A stretch of DNA of 25,618 bases from a virus (IMGVR_UViG_3300030372_003609:1-25618); one strand, 5' to 3'. Counted from the first letter of the stretch, positions 18,101-25,618 are shown. The notes: generated by a model not told the origin, from the letters alone. Made by a program: numbers and translations.

Positions 18101-21100
18101 ACATACTGAAAGGTCTAAAGAGATAAGGAGCAGGGCTGAGGCGTGGGAAATTATAAATAGAATAAAAGATCCTACAGAAAGAAAGGAGGCTATGGAGAAG
18201 GCTAAAGAGTTAGGCTTTGGTCCTTTATCTCCAGCCAAGGCAAAGGCCGCTTTAGAAAAATTAAAAAAACAAACTGCGAAAGAGCTGGAGGCTATTAAAC
18301 AAGCTGAGAAGGATGGCCTTACTGAGGAGGACATGAATATCGTAGAGACGCTTGCTTCTGAAGGAGTGTCCAAAAGTTTAACACCAGAGTCTTTAAGTGA
18401 GCTGGGGGTTAAACCAAGCAAATCCGATCCCGCATTTATCAAGGTTCTTGAGAAAAAAGTTAAGGAAAGAATTAATTCTAAGTATCCAACCAAGCCCGTG
18501 CGTATGCCAGAAGGCGGGTACGGGATACCTAGAGCGGACGGCCAAGGAACTTTAAAAGTTCAGTCAAACGGCGTGGGTGTATTCAACAACGATCCCGACT
18601 CAATGATTACTCTCCTCCAATTGGGGATACCAGTTGAGACGGACAGCGTAACAGAAAAAACAAACCCCGCATTTAAGTGGGAAAAGAAGGGGGATAAATT
18701 TATTCTTCGTGATGTTATGGTTCGTGAGTCTGGGGGGATGATCTCTGCTACTACCTCTAACTCTAATGTCGCCGTATTGGAAGAAGATCATACAGATCTA
18801 ATTGAATCCGCCAAGCAACTCAATGAATTGGGCGATACGGACAACCCCAACCTTGATGTGAAAATCAGGAGTCCTTTTGACAGGAGAAAAAAAATTACAA
18901 TACGGGAATTAATCGAGGCGTCAAAAGACCCAGTAGAACTTAAAAAACTTCTAGCGAAATCGGACCAAAAAGTTGATGATCTGGACAAACCATTTTTTGA
19001 TTCTGCGGTCACTTACCTCAGCGTTCAACTCCAATTAAGATTTAGAAATTATGCCGAAGCTTTGGGGCGGGGGCTCGCTGTTGATTTAAACTTTACGGCC
19101 AGTGATGTTGCGTCAGAAGTAATAAACAAATTATATAAGCAACAACAGCTTAGAAAAGATTACCAAGTTAGAGCAACTGTTGAAAGTATAGATACAGACC
19201 GCACCACGAAGGTAGATTTAAATGAGGATGTAGACAGGACACAAGCGTCGGAAGATACCTACATCCCAATTAACCCAGCGGAAGACTCATCTCTAAGTGA
19301 GCCCGCTGTTGTCCGTGAATATTTATCACAACAACAGGAGACAGCGGGAGCCGCTTTAGAGTCTGATCCTGAAATGACTCAGGCTTTGCGGGCGGCTATG
19401 GCCGAGGCAGGACACGCCTATGCGGATAAACTTTCTGGGGAGGCACTGTTTGCCGCCCATGTTAGTCAATTAGCCAGAGAGGGGTCTTTCAATAAAGAAA
19501 AAAGTATTTATAGTTTTCATGCTCGATTAAAATCGGGGGAGTTCCAAAAATCAAAAGCTTTAAGCGACGCTTTATTCTTCTTAAATTTATCGCACACTTT
19601 TAATAGGGCGAAAGACCAAACACCTATAACCCGCAAAGAGGCCGCTTTAAGAATAAAACAAAAATTAGAAGAGCTCACAGGAAAAAAGGTTTTAGAATCA
19701 GAAGCTAAATATTTTTACCAAGGAATTAAAAAACAAGTAAATAAGTTTCTTCAACGGGCGGTTGCTGACAAAAGATCACGGAAGGTTATAGAGGCCGCTA
19801 ACGACGCTGAAGTTGAAGAGCTGGGTCTTATTAATAGATCCTCTGATAGTGTTATAGAAGCCCTTGAAAAAATAGCTTCAGGAAAAAATAAAGTTCAGGC
19901 AATCATTGCTAGAATGTTGCTCCACAACAGAGCTCTATTAAAAACTATAGAGTTCACTCTTGAAAAATCATCGGCAACTTATGCTGGAAAATACTTCATA
20001 GACAATACAGGTAAAGGCCATGTTGTGATAAACCTAAGTAGAACAGGAGGAAGAGGTGTTGCGGATACACTTCTTCATGAGTTCATCCACGCCTTCTCTT
20101 CACGAATAACACAACTAGATCCAAGCCAAAGATCGGCTGAAGAAAACAATGCCATTGCTAGGCTTGAAGGTCTTTTAAAGATCATCAAAAAACAAGCGTA
20201 TGCAGATAAAGCTCCTGCCAGCATTTTAGATGGGTTGGCTAATGTTGATGAATTTATATCATACTTCCTGACATCTCCTAAATTTCAAGCCTACATCAAG
20301 GGCATGAGGTTAAAGGAGACGGAAGGGCGCAACTTCTTTGACAGAGTAATCGATGCCATTGCCCGCCTATTCCGTCAGCCTACAAATGAAAGAGAATACA
20401 ATGCGGCCTTGAGGGACGTACTTGATATTACCAAACGAGGTATGCTTGTCAGGGAGCCCGACTCAAGTGCAGGATTCAGGAATCAGGTTGCAGATGGTAT
20501 GGAGCAGTCTCAGCAGGAAAGAGATGAGATCTCTAAATTAACAGGGATGCAAGCTGATATCAGAGACATACAAATGCTGGACGAAAAAGCGGCTGAGTTA
20601 GAAAACTATGTAGGGAATTTCGTTCCGTCAGAGGTGGCCGTATTCTCAGACAGCACTTTACCTACTATCGCCCGCTGGGACCCAAAGACTCAATCAATAC
20701 AATTTAATGGTAGGCGGGCGGCGGCTTTTTTAAATGAAGCACTGGCTAACAACGGGGGGTATCCTATAAATGAGGAGCAGGTTATTGCTATGATAATCAA
20801 TGAGGAGCTGGCGCACGGGGCGTCGTTTGCGTCTTTAAGTAAAGACAGCATTAATACTCTTATTGATTCATTGGATGAAGCTGAGAGTAAAAGAATTATT
20901 GAGGAATATTATCCAGAGGAAGAACAAGCAGACGCTTTGAAGAGGCTTGAAAGTGATGACCCTCAAGTTGTCAGAAATGAGAAGTATGTTCTTGCGGAAG
21001 AATCGTTGCGCCTGTTCTTCCAAAAGAAAACAAGAGGAACAACCACAGAGCAAGAAGTGGCTTTTCTGATTGAGTCCCCTAACAATTTAGAAATATTTAA

Positions 21101-24100
21101 ACAGTATCTCAAGAACACCTTTAAGAGACTTAGCTTCCATAGAGAAGAGAAGGACATTTCTCCTGAGATGAGGAATGCTCTCAAGAGAGTTCTGATAGAG
21201 GTTCGACGCATGGAGTCACGGTATAGGACTTCGATGAATGGGATGTACTTTGATGTGGGCAATCCTAACGCTACCGTTGATCAGCTTATCGCCCAGCTAT
21301 CCAGAAATAAATCAGTAGACCTTTTAGAAGAGGAGGATATTATCCCCGACCTAGAAACAAGAGTAGGTACGACGGCGGTTATAACCGCCCCTTTAAGAGT
21401 AGATGAATTAAAGAATCTATCTAAACAGCAGATGGTTAAGCGAGCTACCTCTGCTAAATACATCCATTTGCAACAAGCTTTCGATGACATATCTGAAGCA
21501 TATGGGTTAGATATAGAAACAAGGAGTCCGTTAATAGGGGGTTACCTAGAACCAGTTGATGCAACAGACCCCGCTCATGAAGGAAAAACAGAGGAAGAAC
21601 TAAGACAGTTAGCAACTTTATCTACTGAAGTTCCTGAACGAGTTTTTGTTGAAGGAGCAACCGAGGAAGAGTTAAAAGAAGTAGCCTTGCTAATTAAAGT
21701 TCTGGCTCCAGAGGTACAGCACTCTACTTTGTTGGTCGCATACCAAGATGAAGCAGAAGGAGCACAAGAAATAGAGGTGCGCATAAAAGCAAAGGGAGCT
21801 GAAAAAGCTAGGCTGATGGGTGAAGACTGGTTAAAAGATAAGAATGCAGGAGGCTTTTCTTTTGATCCTACAACTAGAGAGATAAATACTTTATTGCTTG
21901 AGCCTTTTGAAGAGGGGGATCCTTCGGTTGACGAACAACTAAATACATGGAATACTTTTGTAGATGAGCAAAAACAAAAAGGGAACATCTTCAAGAACGC
22001 CCAATCAGAAACAACCTATGTCTCGGCCCAGTTTGTCGGCGGAAAGCCTGAAGAAGTTCGAGGAGAGGTGCAGAGAATTAGGGATAAAGCACGTAAAGAA
22101 AACAACTCGGCCCTTCTTGAGGTTTCAGAGAGAGCCCTCACCCGAATAGATCACGAAATAAAAGGGGAGGTCATCAGGAAGAAAGCGGATTCTATTTTAG
22201 AAACAAGAGAACTTTCTCCCTTATCTTCAACTGAAGTAGCTAAGGCCGCCGAAGGCGAATCGTTTGCAACGATAAGAGACTTTGGAAAATTTATTGATGA
22301 CCGTTTTGAATCTATTAAAGGGACTCGTCAGTTAAGTGAACAGCCCGACGAAGGTATAGACGACCGTGCGGCTGAAGCGGCGCAAGCTTTGGTTGACGAT
22401 GTCTTGACTGGGCTTTCTCAATCAGGGAGTGGCATGGGATGGTATGATGCCAGAGTCGAAGCCACGCTCCACGAACTAACAAAGTTATACCCTGAACTTG
22501 CGGAAGATCAAAACGAGCTGGCTATTTTTGTTGGCATCCTTGCCACTACCAGCCAAGGCGAACCTGTAATTACAAATTTTAAAAACGCATCGAGAGTATA
22601 CGAAGACTATAAAGCTACGGGTAAATTATCCCATGACTACGCCTTTGGGACAGCCGCCGACGCCGTAAATAAGAACCTTAAATTCATGCAGGATCTTATA
22701 GACCGATATCAACGGGAAACAGGTCTAGGGAAAGAATACTTCCGTGAGTTTATGGACAGTGAAATTTTAGGTGGGGGGATTCGAGATATGTTTGGAGACA
22801 CTCCATCGGGGGTAACTCTTACCGACAAAGTCGTAGGTGCTAGAATGCTCGGACCTAAGATAGGATCTTTCTTTAATAATCTGAGAGGTAGATTCGACAC
22901 CATAACTATGGACTTGTGGTACACCAGAACCATGCACCGTTACATTGGAAACTCAGTCCTAGAAAATGATACCGATCAAATAATTAATGCCACTAACAAG
23001 TTTATAGAAGCTTTGCGGGGGTCTGAGAGATCTTATGATTTAGATCCTGTAGAACTTGAGGCTATGGGATTTGAAGATTTATTCAGAGAAGCAAAGAAGG
23101 TTTTCAACTTATGGTCTTCAGGAAAACTTCCAGAAGCTGGCGGAGTAACATTTAAAGAATACCCTGACGGATCTAAAATAGAAAAAGCCGCAAGAACAAT
23201 TACCACGACTGCGGGAATGAAGGCCGCTCCTAAGAATAAAGCGCACTCTTTATTCTTTGAAAAAATTGTAAGAGAAGCTCAAAGCCAGTTGAAAGATTTA
23301 GGTCTCCCGCTTAATGCCGCTGACATACAAGCAATCCTTTGGTTTAGAGAGAAGAATCTTTTCTTAGGATTAGGTTTAGCTAACAGTGCCTCCGCCCCCG
23401 CCGACTATCTTGATGCCGCTATGGTATTGAGAAGAGAGAAAGCACAAGAGACCGATGAGCAAACAGAAGAACCTGTACCTCCTGCACTAGAGACACGCTT
23501 CGGTGCGGGCAAGTTCCCTTCAGACCACACAGGTCTAAAGAAACTTGTTGAAGAAGATAAGGTTAGTGGCTCGGCAGGAATTCCAAAAGGTAAAGAGGGA
23601 CAGAGAGTTAAGTACTCTCATACTAATATTACATTAGGTCGTAAGAGTAGGGAAGGGGGTTCAGCTTATGATCCAAACTACCCAGTAGGTGTCATGCCTT
23701 ACTCGCTACAATTAGATAAGAAGTACAACGCATTTAATGTCAGACTTAAAGATGTTGACGACATTGTTCTTCAAGAGGGTAAGTACAATCAGTTTTTGGA
23801 CAATGGTCAAAAGTACGAGCTTCAGACGGATATGGATATTGAAGATGTCTTGTCTCAAATCAATAGTCCAAGATCAGACGAATTGAAGAAGATCCCTATG
23901 GTTGATTTCTTATTAATGAATCCAGAACTAAGGGGCAAGGAAAAGATTCCAGCGGGTACTGTTGTTTATGCACAAGGAGCAAAACAAGTTGTGGGTGGGC
24001 CAGCAGGAACTTTGGTTTCATATAATAAAGACATAAACTTAAAAGACACAAAAGGTTGGACATCTATAGTTTATAATCCAGCACTGGGTAATTATATGTA

Positions 24101-25618
24101 TCCAGTTACTGGAGAAAAAGGTTCAGCTAATTTTGAAATAAATAAAGAACTACTGGGGGCAGATGAAGTGATAATGGTCAGTGATTTAGGTAAACAAACT
24201 AAAGCTGAAGGAATCAACTTCATGTTGCTGGCTAAAGGTGCAAGGTTCAAGGATCTTACAGATCAAGAAGTAGAGGAAAACAGAAGCTCTAACATAGTCA
24301 TAGATCGTTTAAAAAATAAAGAAGCTATACCTCTGGAAGCTTCAACTGAAGCCCCCGTACTTGAAACAAGAATAGGGGCCGATGAGATTTTAGCTAAACT
24401 AAACAGAGCAGAGATTAATCAACTGGGTAAGAAAAGGATGACTCCCGCAGGGAAGCCTATGACGGGTACTGTTATATCTAAAGAGAACCTTGCAGAGATT
24501 TGGCAACAAGGTTTTGAAAAGAGGAAAAAAAAGTACAACGAAGCTAGAAAGAGGATAGCAGAAAAAACTGGTTTCTGGCTTCCTGAACTAACCATCGATA
24601 GATATGCCCCCACTCCCGCTTCTACCTTAGAGCTATTCAAGCTGGCGGACATTGCTCAATGGCATTTGGACATGGCTAACTTTGTAATACCAGAAGGCTA
24701 CGACACGATTGCATTTGTTCCGTGCGCCGCTACCAAACCTTGGTGCGGAGCCCTAGATGAAAATACTCTACATAGTAAAGCACACCGTATGTTATATCCA
24801 TCCTATAATAGGGTGCGGGAGATGTTTGATAAAGGAGCGGTAGGAAAGAATTTTAAAAGAGTATACTTTGTAACGATATCAGAACCACTGGGCGTTGTAC
24901 CTCAAGACAGGTGGCACAACTTCCCGCCCTATGATAACTCAGGACTATTCACTAGCCCGCCTCAACAATCAGGGTTCCCTACTAAATACTGGCTAAACCT
25001 CCCAAAAGAAAAAGGAGGAACAGGAGCTAAACAATTATTCCCGTTTGATGAAAAGGCATACAACAAAGCCATAGATATTCTAGGCAATGTTATTGCTAAT
25101 TTTGTTCAGACAAATAAAGAGAATAACCCAGACTTAAAAGTTATTAGCTTCGTTAAGGACGACAAGAAAAAAGGTTCTCATGAGCTGATGGTGGACGCCG
25201 CTTCAAAATTTGCAGGAGAGCCTATCGTTTCCGAAGATAACAATTATGCTAAACGTGCTGTTTCAAATACACCGCCTGAAGCTCTTCTGAAAAAAGTTTT
25301 AGGACTCGAAGGGCGGGTAGAATATGATCCGAACTTTGAAGTGGATAGGACAGAAATAATTGCTAGGTCTCCGCTACCAACTGAACCCCCCGCACTTGAA
25401 ACAAGGTTCGGTGCTAAAGATGCTGAGTGGATGGAGTTAGCTCAAGATCCTGAAAAGAATTTTAAACGTCTTGAGGAACTTGATGAGGAGGCGGCCACCG
25501 CCGCAGGGTATACGAACATTGGGGTTAGAGCAGGTAGTTACACAAAAGGTGGTCATATGGGTCTACCAAGTACGCAGTCTAATTTTGGAGCGGGGTATTA
25601 CATGATGGAAGGAGATGA
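15147..25618 (+). CDS. Giant multidomain polyvalent/internal virion protein (at least 3490 aa, 3' truncated)
   Basis: Manual translation from ATG 15147 (MPEDSLLSQF...) finds no stop up to the window end (...NFGAGYYMMEGD). Contains Gly-rich hydrophobic segments, EGIEE, HEFIH, GPK..TMDLW..QAILW, PCAATKPW..SEPLGVVP and repeated LETRxG linkers. Confidence 0.93.
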   Translation, partial: MPEDSLLSQFLAEPTPTTVEEVPYSTWSQENIFDDPIESYSKYMDHIRGQYVDAGEYSADVEKEINQNFYGELVKQKLIDPDKIEDFYEVDAKIRRFSLPDFDDQVENLFKEDGLRNQERKILEEEDREIFKDYLAKVNAREEVPEEQQKLVKETFRENRNQLLKQQFYRKEIDAAVLEEKDGKFTFFGGRVPDGKSYMDVLRESEGAGVRISDLPHLIEAQKKLPSFKNLSRADAMGMSALEGEISAILNKDESIREKLLGLARSKVEAEDGFWDDVKDVGVGFFDFAQSFVLGVGKPVASFFGKDVSGIEELQKGANAQRAIRHYSKSGANRDDVVADLAIQVGASLEDVGKVVDQMALDEAEFKFYEDDLKLNIRQGVYKQPKIHSSLLHQPKLLDKAITEAGLDSDVAESLRASREIYAVEDFDRVNKLLQEDGDTADDWNEFYLEHKKQGLDDHKVLEKFAEQYDFNSFIDKAEGIAYSLYSGTVGAASVVIGAIAGADGLKNYGVEVINNEQKRRQVGGVFGVQYGSMYDLATTAVPMITDMVATVFLSKFTAGAGGAIYAGAKASSVSAFRGVVKNFVKGNLKATGGATYKEVAEKLFKDGAIKNLDDAYGIVKNYNSKMAHRIGVAPAVFVPAAHRSGAHTYAAVNTLMTEKLTKEHKNADGTWQDGWSEKRVKEEAHKNGLSGLFFAGGFTGLLTAGFGLLGNGGFETAFLRNASFRQLKRVGKDMLNREISNEAFGKAIHKSFKTALAKHGADGLSKVFKGAVSEGIEESIDEFVNSIIQDVITDENTPMMERLNQSLHAFYLGGMLGGGGVAINRIAKTVAPDRFLDKKAAADFETEILEQYQKDVQGNKELIEAGAPKTAEAAREVLSRYARAEPSAEEAAAKVVEPIAEEASAEETKRINSDLKDVDREDVEAAVDAELEPSQKANNPVDPEIAVSEDAQEILKENNADSGEALGKILKPHYAPSPQDVSDKHTERSKEIRSRAEAWEIINRIKDPTERKEAMEKAKELGFGPLSPAKAKAALEKLKKQTAKELEAIKQAEKDGLTEEDMNIVETLASEGVSKSLTPESLSELGVKPSKSDPAFIKVLEKKVKERINSKYPTKPVRMPEGGYGIPRADGQGTLKVQSNGVGVFNNDPDSMITLLQLGIPVETDSVTEKTNPAFKWEKKGDKFILRDVMVRESGGMISATTSNSNVAVLEEDHTDLIESAKQLNELGDTDNPNLDVKIRSPFDRRKKITIRELIEASKDPVELKKLLAKSDQKVDDLDKPFFDSAVTYLSVQLQLRFRNYAEALGRGLAVDLNFTASDVASEVINKLYKQQQLRKDYQVRATVESIDTDRTTKVDLNEDVDRTQASEDTYIPINPAEDSSLSEPAVVREYLSQQQETAGAALESDPEMTQALRAAMAEAGHAYADKLSGEALFAAHVSQLAREGSFNKEKSIYSFHARLKSGEFQKSKALSDALFFLNLSHTFNRAKDQTPITRKEAALRIKQKLEELTGKKVLESEAKYFYQGIKKQVNKFLQRAVADKRSRKVIEAANDAEVEELGLINRSSDSVIEALEKIASGKNKVQAIIARMLLHNRALLKTIEFTLEKSSATYAGKYFIDNTGKGHVVINLSRTGGRGVADTLLHEFIHAFSSRITQLDPSQRSAEENNAIARLEGLLKIIKKQAYADKAPASILDGLANVDEFISYFLTSPKFQAYIKGMRLKETEGRNFFDRVIDAIARLFRQPTNEREYNAALRDVLDITKRGMLVREPDSSAGFRNQVADGMEQSQQERDEISKLTGMQADIRDIQMLDEKAAELENYVGNFVPSEVAVFSDSTLPTIARWDPKTQSIQFNGRRAAAFLNEALANNGGYPINEEQVIAMIINEELAHGASFASLSKDSINTLIDSLDEAESKRIIEEYYPEEEQADALKRLESDDPQVVRNEKYVLAEESLRLFFQKKTRGTTTEQEVAFLIESPNNLEIFKQYLKNTFKRLSFHREEKDISPEMRNALKRVLIEVRRMESRYRTSMNGMYFDVGNPNATVDQLIAQLSRNKSVDLLEEEDIIPDLETRVGTTAVITAPLRVDELKNLSKQQMVKRATSAKYIHLQQAFDDISEAYGLDIETRSPLIGGYLEPVDATDPAHEGKTEEELRQLATLSTEVPERVFVEGATEEELKEVALLIKVLAPEVQHSTLLVAYQDEAEGAQEIEVRIKAKGAEKARLMGEDWLKDKNAGGFSFDPTTREINTLLLEPFEEGDPSVDEQLNTWNTFVDEQKQKGNIFKNAQSETTYVSAQFVGGKPEEVRGEVQRIRDKARKENNSALLEVSERALTRIDHEIKGEVIRKKADSILETRELSPLSSTEVAKAAEGESFATIRDFGKFIDDRFESIKGTRQLSEQPDEGIDDRAAEAAQALVDDVLTGLSQSGSGMGWYDARVEATLHELTKLYPELAEDQNELAIFVGILATTSQGEPVITNFKNASRVYEDYKATGKLSHDYAFGTAADAVNKNLKFMQDLIDRYQRETGLGKEYFREFMDSEILGGGIRDMFGDTPSGVTLTDKVVGARMLGPKIGSFFNNLRGRFDTITMDLWYTRTMHRYIGNSVLENDTDQIINATNKFIEALRGSERSYDLDPVELEAMGFEDLFREAKKVFNLWSSGKLPEAGGVTFKEYPDGSKIEKAARTITTTAGMKAAPKNKAHSLFFEKIVREAQSQLKDLGLPLNAADIQAILWFREKNLFLGLGLANSASAPADYLDAAMVLRREKAQETDEQTEEPVPPALETRFGAGKFPSDHTGLKKLVEEDKVSGSAGIPKGKEGQRVKYSHTNITLGRKSREGGSAYDPNYPVGVMPYSLQLDKKYNAFNVRLKDVDDIVLQEGKYNQFLDNGQKYELQTDMDIEDVLSQINSPRSDELKKIPMVDFLLMNPELRGKEKIPAGTVVYAQGAKQVVGGPAGTLVSYNKDINLKDTKGWTSIVYNPALGNYMYPVTGEKGSANFEINKELLGADEVIMVSDLGKQTKAEGINFMLLAKGARFKDLTDQEVEENRSSNIVIDRLKNKEAIPLEASTEAPVLETRIGADEILAKLNRAEINQLGKKRMTPAGKPMTGTVISKENLAEIWQQGFEKRKKKYNEARKRIAEKTGFWLPELTIDRYAPTPASTLELFKLADIAQWHLDMANFVIPEGYDTIAFVPCAATKPWCGALDENTLHSKAHRMLYPSYNRVREMFDKGAVGKNFKRVYFVTISEPLGVVPQDRWHNFPPYDNSGLFTSPPQQSGFPTKYWLNLPKEKGGTGAKQLFPFDEKAYNKAIDILGNVIANFVQTNKENNPDLKVISFVKDDKKKGSHELMVDAASKFAGEPIVSEDNNYAKRAVSNTPPEALLKKVLGLEGRVEYDPNFEVDRTEIIARSPLPTEPPALETRFGAKDAEWMELAQDPEKNFKRLEELDEEAATAAGYTNIGVRAGSYTKGGHMGLPSTQSNFGAGYYMMEGD
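21345..25415 (+). repeat. Dispersed in-frame linker repeat P-x-L-E-T-R-[FIV]-G (4 copies)
   Basis: PDLETRVGT 21345-21371, PALETRFGA 23481-23507, PVLETRIGA 24354-24380, PALETRFGA 25389-25415. Confidence 0.9.

Noticed and set aside
21507-21530. LDIETRSP as an additional linker copy
   Set aside because: Lacks the Pro, Leu and Gly positions and falls inside the proposed SAM-lyase-like domain.
23481-23507. LETRFG as a sortase LPxTG signal or intein boundary
   Set aside because: Does not match LPxTG, has no following TM/basic tail, and there are no intein Cys/His-Asn splice motifs.
15809-24652. Many minus-strand ORFs of 60-141 aa in the track
   Set aside because: Antisense shadows of the giant plus-strand ORF; Ser/Phe/Leu-rich with no motifs.
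15147-25618. Giant protein as a virion RNA polymerase (N4- or crAss-like)
   Set aside because: I saw no DxDGD/DFDID or T7-type polymerase motifs in the visible part. It cannot be excluded beyond the window edge.
1-25618. Stop-codon reassignment, tRNAs, integrase, transposase
   Set aside because: Genes tile densely under the standard code with all three stop codons used. No tRNA cloverleaf or recombinase motifs were noticed.

Overview
A 25.6 kb fragment of a tailed dsDNA phage, probably podovirus-like. A spanin-type lipoprotein points to a diderm host. Left to right: the end of a Thr/Ser-rich virion gene, a probable tail/adaptor gene, and a compact lysis cassette (two small holin-like genes absent from the ORF track, an overlapping spanin pair, an Amidase_3 endolysin). 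Next come two small genes and a minus-strand replication block (primase-helicase, PolA with Leu at the 762-equivalent site, SSB-like protein, Cas4/DUF2800-like exonuclease, RuvC-like resolvase, HTH/TerS candidate). A divergent large terminase and two probable internal virion proteins follow. The last 10.5 kb is one uninterrupted ORF (15147 to beyond 25618, at least 3490 codons) that the ORF track missed because no stop codon falls in the window. It looks like an ejected polyvalent protein: Gly-rich hydrophobic segments, an intact and a degenerate zincin domain, then enzyme-like cassettes separated by a recurring linker P-x-L-E-T-R-[FIV]-G. By motif the cassettes resemble a SAM lyase, an HhH-GPD glycosylase, an unknown beta-rich domain, an ArcS/DUF5591 domain and the start of an ADP-ribosyltransferase. 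Also notable are five sigma70-like promoters placed for leaderless transcripts (two overlap back-to-back) and a probable pseudoknotted RNA just upstream of polA. All family assignments come from manual translation and recalled motifs, not database searches.
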